This document shows, piece by piece, positions 55,301-64,000 of a DNA stretch of 64,000 nt. A model generated the notes under the pieces. It saw only the letters and a program-made list of their open reading frames with translations, was not told the origin of the DNA and did not search any database. The position numbers were made by a program, and so were the translations under genes. Each line of letters begins with the position of its first letter. Positions within the stretch are counted from its first letter, which is position 1. The stretch is from Planctomycetota bacterium (GTDB lineage Bacteria > Planctomycetota > B15-G4 > SIAN01), in assembly GCA_031409275.1 (NCBI GenBank), contig JANNXA010000055.1, forward strand, positions 144,163 through 208,162, in the 5' to 3' direction.

Positions 55301-56842
55301 TCACTCCGTCTTCATCACGATTCCGTCGACGTCGATCGTCCCCTGGTCCACCGTCAGGGTGAGCCGCGTCTGGAATACCGGGTCGGCGGGCGCGGCGGGC
55401 GCGACGGCGGTGACCGTGTACTCCGCCCATTCCGTCGTGACGTCAAGCGAACGGGTCTCGCTCTTCAGCGGCGCGCTGCCCTGCTCCTGATCGCGGAAGT
55501 CGATCGTGAGCAGGAGCCGATCGGCGGGCGACGCGCCGCGCAGCCGCAGGGTCACGGTCACCGTCTGCCCGTCACTCGCGGGATTCGGCTGATGGACCGT
55601 GCTGCCGGCATCGAGGCGCAAGTAGCAGCTTCCCTCGTACGCCCGCGCCACGTCGACGACCCGAGCGACCCCCGGGTCGTCGCGATAGCGCCAGCCGAAG
55701 CCGCCGAACGGCGCGATCGCCTCGAACCCACCGTTCGCGACATCGCCGCCGCTGCCAAAACCGCTCATCACGTCGAGCGGCTGCGCTTCCCAGCCGAGGC
55801 GCGCGGTGAGATGCGCAACGAGATAGGCCGCCGCGCCCGCGTGGTCGTACTCGCAACCGTGGTATCGCTCGAACAGCCAGGGAAACGTCGCGAAGGAGAC
55901 GTTTCGATCGCCGTAGCGCGCGACGACATCGCCGGCGTAGTTCGCCGGCTCGCGCTTGCTCCAGCCGCGCGAACAGAAGAGCACGATGTGCGCGTCGGAA
56001 TGAGCTGCTCGCAGCCGATCGAGCAGCGCAACGTAGCGCTGCTTCACCTGCGCCTTCCCGACCTCGAAGATGTCGTTCGACCCGAGGTCGACCACCACGA
56101 CGTCGGCGGGAAACTCGGTGAAGTCCCAGCTCGGCGCCGGATCGTCCCGAAAGCGGCGGTCGTAATGCGTCTGCATCGCGGCGATCGTCTCGCCCGAGAT
56201 CGAAACGTTGTGGTAGTCCGCGGCAAAGGCGCGCGCGACGATCCCGGCGTAGCTCAAGTCGCAGCCGACGTGCTTCCAACCGCTCGCGTTGCGCTCGCTG
56301 GTGAGCGAGTCCCCAGCGACGCCGGAATCACCGTAGAACTCGATCCGTCGCATCGCCGCTGGGGGCGGCTCGAGCAGCGCGAAACCCTGCAGGGCGAGCC
56401 CGTGCAGCGTGCTGCCGCTGCCGGCATCCGTCTCCTTGACCAGCTCGACCCGGTGCACGCCGGACGGCAGGTCGGTCGCCAGATGGTAGCTCACCGCCCC
56501 AGGCGTCGCGGCGAAGCGGAGACCGTGCGCGCGATCGCCGTCGACGATGACGCGGAAGTACTCCGTGGCGCTGCCCGCGTCGAGCACGACCGACGCCGCG
56601 CTCCCTTCAAACATGAACTCGAGGCGCGCGCCCTGCCAACCGACGCGCGGAAACTCGGGGTCGGTGAAATCCCAGCGCCCGACGTAACGCAGCAGCGGAT
56701 CGGCCGGGCGAATCGAGAGCAGGATCGGCTGCCGATCGTGGTTTCCGATCGGAGCGGCGAGTGGCTGCGCACTGCCGCTGCGACAGCTGACCGACACCAC
56801 GCCGAGGCAGACACTCCCGCCCGCGGCGAGAATCCACTTCAT
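55301..56842 (-). CDS. SGNH/GDSL-family hydrolase (carbohydrate-esterase-like) lipoprotein
   Basis: The lipoprotein signal is MKWILAAGGSVCLGVVSVSC. FYGDSGVAGDS is the GDS block and GSNDIF is the GxND block. It has a C-terminal beta-sandwich extension. Confidence 0.7.
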   Translation of the reverse strand: MKWILAAGGSVCLGVVSVSCRSGSAQPLAAPIGNHDRQPILLSIRPADPLLRYVGRWDFTDPEFPRVGWQGARLEFMFEGSAASVVLDAGSATEYFRVIVDGDRAHGLRFAATPGAVSYHLATDLPSGVHRVELVKETDAGSGSTLHGLALQGFALLEPPPAAMRRIEFYGDSGVAGDSLTSERNASGWKHVGCDLSYAGIVARAFAADYHNVSISGETIAAMQTHYDRRFRDDPAPSWDFTEFPADVVVVDLGSNDIFEVGKAQVKQRYVALLDRLRAAHSDAHIVLFCSRGWSKREPANYAGDVVARYGDRNVSFATFPWLFERYHGCEYDHAGAAAYLVAHLTARLGWEAQPLDVMSGFGSGGDVANGGFEAIAPFGGFGWRYRDDPGVARVVDVARAYEGSCYLRLDAGSTVHQPNPASDGQTVTVTLRLRGASPADRLLLTIDFRDQEQGSAPLKSETRSLDVTTEWAEYTVTAVAPAAPADPVFQTRLTLTVDQGTIDVDGIVMKTE

Positions 56843-56846
56843 CCGT

Positions 56847-59117
56847 TCACTCCTTGGTCCGCAGCTCCGCCGCCAGCCCCTCCGCCGTCGTCACCGGCAG
56901 CTTGCACGTCCCGGCGCGGCAGACCCACGCGGTCGCCACCTTCGCGTCGCGCCCTTCGAGCAAGGCGGTGAGCTTCGCGACCTCCGCGCGCGTCTCCTGC
57001 GTCGCGGCGATCACGACTCGGTTCGGGGCGAAGCCTGCGCGGAGCACCGCGAGGAACGGCGCGAGCGCGGCTCGATCGGGGGCGAGCAGCACCACTTCGG
57101 CGGGCTGCGACTGCGCGAAGTCGACGGCGGCGAGCATGCGCGACAACGCGTGGGGCATCTGCTCGAGCTTGCTGCGGTAGAGCTCGAGCGTGCGCAACGC
57201 GGCCAGACGGTAGCTCTCGTTGCCGGTCAGCTCGGCGAGGCGCAGGAGGTTGTGGACGTGGACGGACGGGCCCGAGGGGGTCGCGCCGTCCCATGCTTCT
57301 TTTCCGCGGACCAGCAGCGCTTCGGCGTCGTGCGCCGTGAAGAAGAAGCCGCCATGCTCGCTGTCCCAGAACTGCTCGAGCGTGACGTCGGCGAGGCGCT
57401 TCGCGAACGCGAGATCGGCCGGATCGAAACGCGCCTCCCACAGCTCGAGCAGCCCCTCGATCAGGAACGCGTAGTCGGCGAGGTTGCCGTCGTGGCGGGC
57501 ACGGCCGTCCTTGAAGCTGCGCCGGAGCTTGCCGCCGTCGGCGTCGCTCCACAGCTCGCGCTTCACGAAGGCGGCCGCCGCGGTCGCCGCGTCGATCCAA
57601 CGCGGCTCCCCCATCGCGGCACCAGCGCGCGCCAGCGCCGCGATCATGAGTCCGTTCCAGTCGGCCAGCACCTTGTCGTCGCGATTCGGGGCGATTCTCT
57701 GCGCGCGAGCGGCGAGGAGTTCGCGGCGCGCCGCGTCGATACCGGCGCTCACCGCGGCCGGCTCCATCGAACGCGATTTCGCGAAGTCGGCCACGCTCCA
57801 CGGCCGCCACAACACCGTCTTGCCATGCTCGAAATTGCCGCCGGGCCCGACCCCGAAGAACGGCGCCACCCATGCGGCACGCTCCGCCCCCAGCACGGCC
57901 TCGAACTGCGCCGGATCCCAGACGAAGTACTTGCCCTCTTCGCCTTCGCTGTCGGCGTCCTGTGTGGAATAGAAGCCGCCGGCGGGCGAGTGCATCTCGC
58001 GCAGCGCCCAGTCGAGCGTTGTGCGAACGGTCTGCGCGTGCGCCGCATCGCCGGTCGCAAGCCAGCCGTCGAGGTAGGCCATCGCGAGCAACGCGTTGTC
58101 GTAGAGCATCTTCTCGAAGTGCGGCACGGCCCAGCGCTCGTCGACCGAGTAGCGATGGAAGCCGCCGGCGAGCTGATCGTGGAGGCCGCCGCCGGCCATC
58201 TTCTCGAGCGAGCGGGCCGCCGCTTCGCGCGCGGGCGCTTGCCCGAAGCGCGCATCGATGCGCAGCAGCAGTTGCAGGTCCATCGAGTGCGGGAACTTGG
58301 GCGCTTCACCGAAACCGCCGTTCTCCTCGTCAAAGCCCCGCAGCAGCAGTTCCGCGGCGCGCGGCAGCAGGCTCGGATCGTCGACGAACGCGCCCGGCTC
58401 GCCGCCGCCGACCGCCGGAGCCGCGACGGCTGCTGCGAGTTCGCGCAGATGGTCGGTGAGTCCATCGGCCGATCGCAACACGCGCGGGCGATCCTCCTTC
58501 CAGAGGCGCGCCATCTCGTTCAGCACGCGCGGGAAGCCGGGGCGACCGTAGCGGTCGGCGGGCGGGAAGTAGGTGCCGCCGAAGAAGGGCTTCAAGTCGG
58601 GCGTGAGCCAGACCGACATCGGCCAGCCGCCGCTCTGCGTCAGCGTCTGCACCGCCTTCATGTAGACCTCGTCGACGTCGGGCCGCTCTTCGCGATCGAC
58701 CTTGATGCAGACGAAGGAGGCGTTCATCAGCGCCGCGATCGCTTCCTGCTCGAAGCTCTCGTGCTCCATCACGTGGCACCAATGGCAGGCCGAGTAGCCG
58801 ATCGAAAGGAAGATCGGTTTGTCCTCCGCCTTCGCGCGCGCGAACGCCTCGGGCCCCCACGGATACCAGTCGACCGGGTTGTGGGCGTGCTGCAGCAGGT
58901 AGGGCGACGTCTCCTGCGCCAGGCGGTTCTCATGCTTCGCGGCCATCGCGTTCGACTCCAAAGCCGTGTCCTGCGCCGCGCTCGGCGAAGCAGGAGTCAC
59001 GGGAACGCCGCACGCCACCGCGGCCCACCAGGCGAAAGCGCTCGCGCGAGGCGCGCTCAAGGCAGGAAGCGCGTTTCGCAGCGTCCGACGTAGCCGAGCA
59101 ACTGTTCGCGCAACCAA
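56847..59117 (-). CDS. Thioredoxin-domain protein of the DUF255 (YyaL/SSP411) family with a C-terminal glycosyl-hydrolase-like alpha/alpha barrel
   Basis: [51 protein letters not shown] is the DUF255 signature. The start is uncertain: 59117 overlaps the upstream gene, and 58946 (MAAKHENRL) is an alternative. Confidence 0.75.
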   Translation of the reverse strand: MVARTVARLRRTLRNALPALSAPRASAFAWWAAVACGVPVTPASPSAAQDTALESNAMAAKHENRLAQETSPYLLQHAHNPVDWYPWGPEAFARAKAEDKPIFLSIGYSACHWCHVMEHESFEQEAIAALMNASFVCIKVDREERPDVDEVYMKAVQTLTQSGGWPMSVWLTPDLKPFFGGTYFPPADRYGRPGFPRVLNEMARLWKEDRPRVLRSADGLTDHLRELAAAVAAPAVGGGEPGAFVDDPSLLPRAAELLLRGFDEENGGFGEAPKFPHSMDLQLLLRIDARFGQAPAREAAARSLEKMAGGGLHDQLAGGFHRYSVDERWAVPHFEKMLYDNALLAMAYLDGWLATGDAAHAQTVRTTLDWALREMHSPAGGFYSTQDADSEGEEGKYFVWDPAQFEAVLGAERAAWVAPFFGVGPGGNFEHGKTVLWRPWSVADFAKSRSMEPAAVSAGIDAARRELLAARAQRIAPNRDDKVLADWNGLMIAALARAGAAMGEPRWIDAATAAAAFVKRELWSDADGGKLRRSFKDGRARHDGNLADYAFLIEGLLELWEARFDPADLAFAKRLADVTLEQFWDSEHGGFFFTAHDAEALLVRGKEAWDGATPSGPSVHVHNLLRLAELTGNESYRLAALRTLELYRSKLEQMPHALSRMLAAVDFAQSQPAEVVLLAPDRAALAPFLAVLRAGFAPNRVVIAATQETRAEVAKLTALLEGRDAKVATAWVCRAGTCKLPVTTAEGLAAELRTKE

Positions 59118-59758
59118 TCGTAGGTCTGCACGAACTGGGCGATGAGCCGCCCCGCCTCCGCCTCGGTCACCTGCGAGCGGAAGACACCGACGTTCTCGAG
59201 GAAGATCGTCTTCGGGTCGCGCTGCATCGTCTCGATCCGCGAGTGGAATTGCCCCTCGTCGACCGGCGCCGTCGGGAAGGTCATGCGCAAGCCCATCAGC
59301 AGCGGCGGGCGCTCGAAGTTCGCGTCATCTTCCGCAGTGAATGCGAGCATCGAACGCTTCATCAGGTCGACGGCATCCTGCGCGACGCGCGGCGTCGCCA
59401 GCGATTGCACCGCGAACTGCGTCGCCGCGAAGTGCGGGATCTTGAGCTCGCTGAAGGCTGCGCGCGCGAACGCGTCGAGCCGCTTCTCGAAGTCCTCGCG
59501 CGAGAGGCCGGTGAGCTGCTCCTGGAGGCGGATGCGATCCGGCAGGATCCACGCCGCCGACACGGCGCCCTGCTGCGCCACCGGATTGGCCAGCATCGCG
59601 CCGCCCTGCACCAGCTGGAAGTTCACGTAGCGCGTCGTCTCGCGCTCGAAGCACTTCGCGTGCATGCGCTGGAGATCCGCGAGCTGCCACTGCTGCGCCG
59701 GAAACACGAGCTCGGCCAGGAACTGGATGCTGCGCAACGGGTGCAAGAGGCGCTCCAA
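59057..59758 (-). CDS. Hypothetical protein
   Basis: It is a 233-aa ORF between the ABC permease and the DUF255 gene on the same strand. Its composition is not shadow-like (Phe/Gln/Glu content). Confidence 0.5.
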   Translation of the reverse strand: MERLLHPLRSIQFLAELVFPAQQWQLADLQRMHAKCFERETTRYVNFQLVQGGAMLANPVAQQGAVSAAWILPDRIRLQEQLTGLSREDFEKRLDAFARAAFSELKIPHFAATQFAVQSLATPRVAQDAVDLMKRSMLAFTAEDDANFERPPLLMGLRMTFPTAPVDEGQFHSRIETMQRDPKTIFLENVGVFRSQVTEAEAGRLIAQFVQTYDWLREQLLGYVGRCETRFLP

Positions 59759-59785
59759 CGAGAGTCGATCCGCGAGGGCCGCGCA

Positions 59786-61492
59786 TTATCGACGCGGCGA
59801 CCCCGCGAGCAACCGCAGCGCGATCCACGGCACGAAGACCGAGACCACCTGCATCCACGCCAACGTGCCCACCACCGCATCGCGCGACAGATGGACCAGC
59901 TGATAGAGGCGATAGGTCAGCATCTCCTGCGCTCCGGGCAGGAGCACGATCGCATCGAACTCGCGCAGCATCAGGCCGAGCGAGAGCGTGCCCACCGCGA
60001 AGAGCCCCGGCGCCAGCAACGGCAGTCGCAAGCGCCGGAACCGCGTCGCGCCCCCCACCGGCGCCAGTGCCGCGGCCTCTTCCAGTTCCGGCGAGAGGCG
60101 CCGCCACGACGCCGCCAGGGCCAGCACGGCGAGCGGCAGGAAGCGCGATGCGAGCGTCAAGGAGACCAGTCCGTAGCCGCGCGCGATGCGATCGACGATC
60201 CCCGAATCGGCCAGGAAGAGCTGCTCGCTCGCCATCCCGAGCAGCAAGCTCGGGAAGGCGAAGGGAAGCAGCACCAGCGCGCGCGCGGCGGTGCTGACGC
60301 GTGATGCGCGGGCGAGCGCACGCGCCGGCCCGATCGCCAGCAACAACACGATCAGCACGCCGAGCAGCGCGTTGCGCAAGCTCGCCACGATGTCGGGCGA
60401 GTAGCGGCGCAGCGCCTCGCGCGCGGGCGAGCGGCTCTGGTAGATCGACAGGTCGATCACCGGGGTCGCGAGGCGGTTCACGCCGCCGGCCGGATTCGCG
60501 CCGCTGGCGGAAGCGGGCGCGGGCGCGGGCGCGGCGGGCGCGACCACCGGCGGCGGCCCGTTCGACTGCTTCAGCGCCATCTGCCCCAGCACGCCAAGCG
60601 GGATCCCCGCGGTCGTGAGGACCACCGCCAGCAGGAACAGGTGCGCGAGCGGTTGCCAGCGGCCGAGGTGGAACGGGCGCGGCGCGACGTGGCTGCCTTG
60701 CACCGAAGCGACCGAGCGGCGCTGTTCCGCGCGCGCCAGCAGCAGCAACGCGACGGCGGCGATCGCCACGAGGGGCACGGCGAAGGCCGTGGCGCTGATC
60801 GGATCGGAGTTGCGCACGAAGGCGCCGTAGATCTCGGTCGCGAACACTTGGAACGTCGCCTCGCCCTGCACCGCGAAGCTGAAGAAGTCGGGCACCACGA
60901 AGTCGGAGAGGGCGAAGACGAAGACCAGCAGTGCCCCCGCCGCGATGCCGCCGCGCGCCAACGGCAGCGTCACTCGCCACAGCGCCCGGCGCGCGCCCAA
61001 CGAAACGCGCGCCGAGTCTTCGAGATCGGCTCCGACTTCACGGAACGCGCGCGCCGCCAGCAGCGCGACGACGGGGAAGAGCGCGCCGCCGAGGATCAGC
61101 ACGATGGCCGGCAGGCCGCGCATCGGGTGCAACTGCACCCAGGCGATTCCGGCGAGATACGGAGGCAACAGCAGCGGCACGAGCGCAAGCGCCTCGTAGA
61201 GGCGCGCGCCGCGCAGGTTGGTGCGCGCGACGAGGAATCCGAACGGAACGCCGATCAGCGTCGTCGCCGCCACGACCGCGAGCGCGAGTTCGAGGCTGTT
61301 CCACAACGTCGCGCGGCGCGCGGCGGCACCGGCGTCACTGCCGAAGATCGCCGCATACGCCGCGAGCGAGAAGCCTCCGCCCTGCGGAAAGAGCGAGCGG
61401 CCGATCAGGTAGAGCACCGGCCCGAACGCGACCAGCGCGAACGGCAGCCAAGGCAACCAGCGCTTCAGCAGCCGAGTCGAATCGGAAGCCAT
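59786..61492 (-). CDS. ABC transporter permease, fused two-domain type (FbpB/ThiP-like)
   Basis: It has about 12 TM helices. EEAAALAPVGGATRFRRLRLPLLAPG is an EAA-loop motif. The start is set at MASDSTRLL. Confidence 0.75.
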   Translation of the reverse strand: MASDSTRLLKRWLPWLPFALVAFGPVLYLIGRSLFPQGGGFSLAAYAAIFGSDAGAAARRATLWNSLELALAVVAATTLIGVPFGFLVARTNLRGARLYEALALVPLLLPPYLAGIAWVQLHPMRGLPAIVLILGGALFPVVALLAARAFREVGADLEDSARVSLGARRALWRVTLPLARGGIAAGALLVFVFALSDFVVPDFFSFAVQGEATFQVFATEIYGAFVRNSDPISATAFAVPLVAIAAVALLLLARAEQRRSVASVQGSHVAPRPFHLGRWQPLAHLFLLAVVLTTAGIPLGVLGQMALKQSNGPPPVVAPAAPAPAPASASGANPAGGVNRLATPVIDLSIYQSRSPAREALRRYSPDIVASLRNALLGVLIVLLLAIGPARALARASRVSTAARALVLLPFAFPSLLLGMASEQLFLADSGIVDRIARGYGLVSLTLASRFLPLAVLALAASWRRLSPELEEAAALAPVGGATRFRRLRLPLLAPGLFAVGTLSLGLMLREFDAIVLLPGAQEMLTYRLYQLVHLSRDAVVGTLAWMQVVSVFVPWIALRLLAGSPRR

Positions 61493-61555
61493 GGCGGGAT
61501 CCAGTCCACGTCGCATCGCCCCCGCGATGGCCCGAAGCCTAGGACCGCGCCGCGG

Positions 61556-62188
61556 CTAGTCAATCTCCGCCGCGTTGCTGATGACGCGATCGACGAGCCC
61601 GTAACTGACCGCTTCCTGCGCGGTCAGCCAGAAGTCGCGCTGGCAATCGGCCTTCACCTTCGCGGCGGCGCGGCCCGTTTCGAGCTCGACGATCCGGTTG
61701 TACTTCTCGCGGATCCGCTCGATCTCGGTCGAGGTGATCTCGAGGTCGCTCGCGCTGCCCATCGCCTGCATCGAAGGCTGGTGGAGCAGGAAGCGGGAGT
61801 TGGGCAGCGAGAAGCGCATCCCCTTGCGACCGCCAAGGAAGATCGGCACGCCGGCCGACGCCGAGAGGCCCGCGCAGATCGTGCGGATCGGCGCGCGGAT
61901 GAACTTCATCACGTCGTAGATCGCAAACCCAGAGTCGGCGTCGCCGCCCGGCGAATTGACCCAGACGGTGATCGGCTTCTCGTGGTTGCGACCGTCGAGC
62001 AGCAACAGCGCGGAGCACGCCTTCTCCATCAGGCCGCGATCGACCGGCTTGGCGATCATCACGACCCGCTGCTTCAGCAGCAGCCGCAGCCCCGGGGGCA
62101 TCGGCGGCGCCTTCTTCTTGTCGGTCTTCTCGGGTTCGGCGAGGAGCGGTCGGTCGCCGTCAAGGCCAGTTTCGCGCGAGGAAGCCAT
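61556..62188 (-). CDS. clpP: ClpP-family ATP-dependent protease proteolytic subunit (divergent)
   Basis: Catalytic triad candidates are Ser in CAGLSASAG, His in LLHQPS, and Asp in CQRDFWLTAQEAVSYGLVD. The start is uncertain; the track ORF runs to 62260. Confidence 0.65.
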   Translation of the reverse strand: MASSRETGLDGDRPLLAEPEKTDKKKAPPMPPGLRLLLKQRVVMIAKPVDRGLMEKACSALLLLDGRNHEKPITVWVNSPGGDADSGFAIYDVMKFIRAPIRTICAGLSASAGVPIFLGGRKGMRFSLPNSRFLLHQPSMQAMGSASDLEITSTEIERIREKYNRIVELETGRAAAKVKADCQRDFWLTAQEAVSYGLVDRVISNAAEID

Positions 62189-62324
62189 CGGCTCTCGATC
62201 TCCCATTGCCTGCGCGCGGCCAAGGAAGCCGCGAAGGCCGCGCAGGATATCCAAACCCATCGCTGTCCCGATCGGCCAACGCGCCGTTCCAGCTCAAGCT
62301 CGAAGCCAGGATGCTGGGCCGCGG

Positions 62325-63062
62325 TCAGCTTTCCTTGCGGAAGACGAGGTTGTGGTCGGGCGACCACGCCATCGCCTTCCAGGCCGGCACGAGCTTCTCG
62401 AGTTCGGCGATCAGCTGCAGCGGCCACTCCTTCGTCTGCAGCTCGGGCGCCTCGGCCGGCCATTGGCGGCAGAGCGTGAAGCGGTGTTCGCCCGGCTTGA
62501 ACCACTGCGCGAAGGTCTGGAGCATCCCCGGCGTCATCTGTTCGCACGGGTAGAGCTTCTGCCAATCGTGGATCCGCATCGAGTAGCCGACCAGCGGCCG
62601 CACCGCGGCCGACAGCCGCTCGACCTGCGGCGACTCCTTGCAGCTCTTCAGCAGGTTCTGCGTGTCCCACCAGCTGCGTTCGGAGATGCGGATGCCCAGC
62701 GTGAAGTGCTTGAGCGTCAGCTCGCCATAGAGCAGCGCATGGAAGTAGGACGGATCGATGTCCTCGGCGAACTCCTGGCCGAGGATCTGCTGCAACTGCA
62801 CGCGCTCCTTCTTCCCGGGGAAGAGCGTGAACCACAGCGCGTCGACGCGATAGCCGTTGAAGCTGAACGGGTGGTTGATCGAGGTCTTGGTCTCGAACTT
62901 CACCTCGGTCCGCTTGACGAGTTCCTTGACCGCGAGCTTGCCGATCGCGCCCAGGTTGGCGCGCACCAGCCGGCGCGCGTCGTTGAACATCGGGTCGCGC
63001 GTCTTGTGCGGCTCGAAGACCAGGAAGTCGGCGGGGCGGAACGGGCGAACGACGTCAGCCAT
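62325..63062 (-). CDS. Hypothetical protein
   Basis: The start is set at MADVVRPFRPADFLVFEPHKTRDP. The track ORF 62325..63248 has an N-terminal shadow. I recognised no domain. Confidence 0.5.
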   Translation of the reverse strand: MADVVRPFRPADFLVFEPHKTRDPMFNDARRLVRANLGAIGKLAVKELVKRTEVKFETKTSINHPFSFNGYRVDALWFTLFPGKKERVQLQQILGQEFAEDIDPSYFHALLYGELTLKHFTLGIRISERSWWDTQNLLKSCKESPQVERLSAAVRPLVGYSMRIHDWQKLYPCEQMTPGMLQTFAQWFKPGEHRFTLCRQWPAEAPELQTKEWPLQLIAELEKLVPAWKAMAWSPDHNLVFRKES

Positions 63063-63168
63063 CGGGAGTCCAGCGCGGGACGAGGGGGGTGAGTGGTCGC
63101 GACGATAGACTCTCGCCCCTTCCGAAACCCGGCCCGATCGGCGCAGAGCGTCGCGGCCAAGGAGCGCC

Positions 63169-64000
63169 ATGCAGCCCGCCAAACAGCTGTGGATGGACGG
63201 ACGACTGATCGAGTGGGATGCCGCTCGTGTCCACGTGATGGCGAGCACGCTCCACTACGGCGTCGGCGTCTTCGAGGGCGTGCGCTGCTACGCCCAGCAA
63301 TCGGGGCCGCCGGCGATCTTCCGGCTCGACGACCACATCGATCGGCTGATCGACTCGGCGCGCTGCGTCGACATGGCGTTGCCGTTCGACCGCGCCGCGC
63401 TGATCGCCGCGTGCAAGGAGGTCGTGCGCGCCAACGGTTTTGGCGACTGCTACCTGCGACCGATCGCGTTCTACGACGACGGCGAGGCCGGCCTCGGCGC
63501 GATCAACCCGGTGCGCGTCGCGGTGATCGCCTTCCAATGGGGTGCCTACCTCGGCCGCGACGGGCTCGAGAAGGGCATCTCGACCACGATCTCGTCGTGG
63601 ATCCGCCACCACCCCGGCTCGGCGATGCTGCGCGCAAAGATCTCGGGCCAGTACGTGACCTCGGTGCTCGCCAAGCGGCTCGCGAAGAAGAACGGCTTCG
63701 ACGAGGCGATCTTCTGCGACGTCAACGGTTCCGTCTGCGAAGGGACCGGCGAGAACCTCTTCCTCGTGCGCCACGGCGTCCTGAAGACGCCACCGACGAG
63801 CTCCGCGATCCTCGCGGGCATCACGCGTGACTCGGTGCTGGCGCTGGCGCGCGCCGCCGCCCGCGAGCAGGCCCTCGAGGTGGTCGAGGAGCCCTTCGCA
63901 CGCGACGAACTCTTCCTCGCCGACGAGGCGTTCTTCACCGGCACCGCGGCCGAGGTGACGCCGATCCGCGCCATCGACCACCGACCCGTCGGTATTGGCA
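63169..64000 (+). CDS. ilvE: Branched-chain amino acid aminotransferase (class IV), N-terminal part; the gene runs off the window end
   Basis: Translation reads MQPAKQLWMDGRLIEWDAARVHVMASTLHYGVGVFEGVRCY...AKISGQYVTSVLAKRLAKKNGFDEAIF. An AAGGAG SD lies 5 nt upstream. It is absent from the track because no stop falls inside the window. Confidence 0.85.
   Translation, partial: MQPAKQLWMDGRLIEWDAARVHVMASTLHYGVGVFEGVRCYAQQSGPPAIFRLDDHIDRLIDSARCVDMALPFDRAALIAACKEVVRANGFGDCYLRPIAFYDDGEAGLGAINPVRVAVIAFQWGAYLGRDGLEKGISTTISSWIRHHPGSAMLRAKISGQYVTSVLAKRLAKKNGFDEAIFCDVNGSVCEGTGENLFLVRHGVLKTPPTSSAILAGITRDSVLALARAAAREQALEVVEEPFARDELFLADEAFFTGTAAEVTPIRAIDHRPVGIG

Noticed and set aside
1-64000. CRISPR arrays, insertion sequences, prophage or integron elements.
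   Set aside because: I saw no regular short repeats with unique spacers, no transposase, integrase or recombinase-like ORFs, and no terminal inverted repeats. The only repeats found are the 15-bp triplet at 25266..25310 and a few short palindromes.

Overview
This is a high-GC (~70%) bacterial chromosomal window that is densely coding. I found no rRNA, CRISPR array, transposase or integrase. I assigned about 55 protein genes, one tRNA-Gln(TTG) and one plausible intrinsic terminator. Two caveats apply: several opposite-strand or alternate-frame ORFs in the track are GC shadow ORFs, and coordinates I recomputed by hand (not taken from the ORF track) may be off by 1 nt.

Recognisable content, in order:
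- prs–glmU–tRNA-Gln–cinA–tatC, followed by a membrane coiled-coil protein with a BRCT domain
- coaE
- a complete Bat-like aerotolerance cluster: MoxR AAA+ ATPase, DUF58, a membrane protein, two von Willebrand factor type A (VWA)-domain proteins, a TPR protein and a secreted protein. A 972-aa HEAT-repeat secreted protein is translationally coupled upstream of it.
- recG and a formylglycine-generating-enzyme (FGE)-like protein
- a MamK-family actin-like ATPase whose start overlaps an upstream coiled-coil gene, next to an orphan bacterial tyrosine (BY) kinase catalytic domain
- a UbiA prenyltransferase, lipB and a metallophosphoesterase
- an iron-uptake set: 2Fe-2S ferredoxin, TonB-dependent receptor, TonB
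- an S9 peptidase, truB, a molybdopterin oxidoreductase and a TPR protein
- a 774-aa hypothetical protein, then an FmdB zinc-ribbon protein coupled to a PolB-like 3'-5' exonuclease
- a carboxypeptidase-regulatory-domain protein and an MFS transporter
- a STAS / hybrid histidine kinase / receiver module downstream of ptsI and glyS
- two futalosine-pathway radical-SAM enzymes plus mqnA
- a bacterial topoisomerase VI pair, with the B subunit ahead of the A subunit
- an operon of an SGNH hydrolase, a DUF255 thioredoxin protein, a hypothetical protein, an ABC permease and a ClpP-like protease
- the start of ilvE

The observations most worth a second look are the MamK-like actin module, the bacterial Topo VI, the HEAT-repeat extension of the Bat cluster, the BRCT membrane protein, and three local coding anomalies: an in-frame TGA in a lipoprotein gene, a UbiA gene with no in-frame start codon, and a TonB gene with no canonical start codon.
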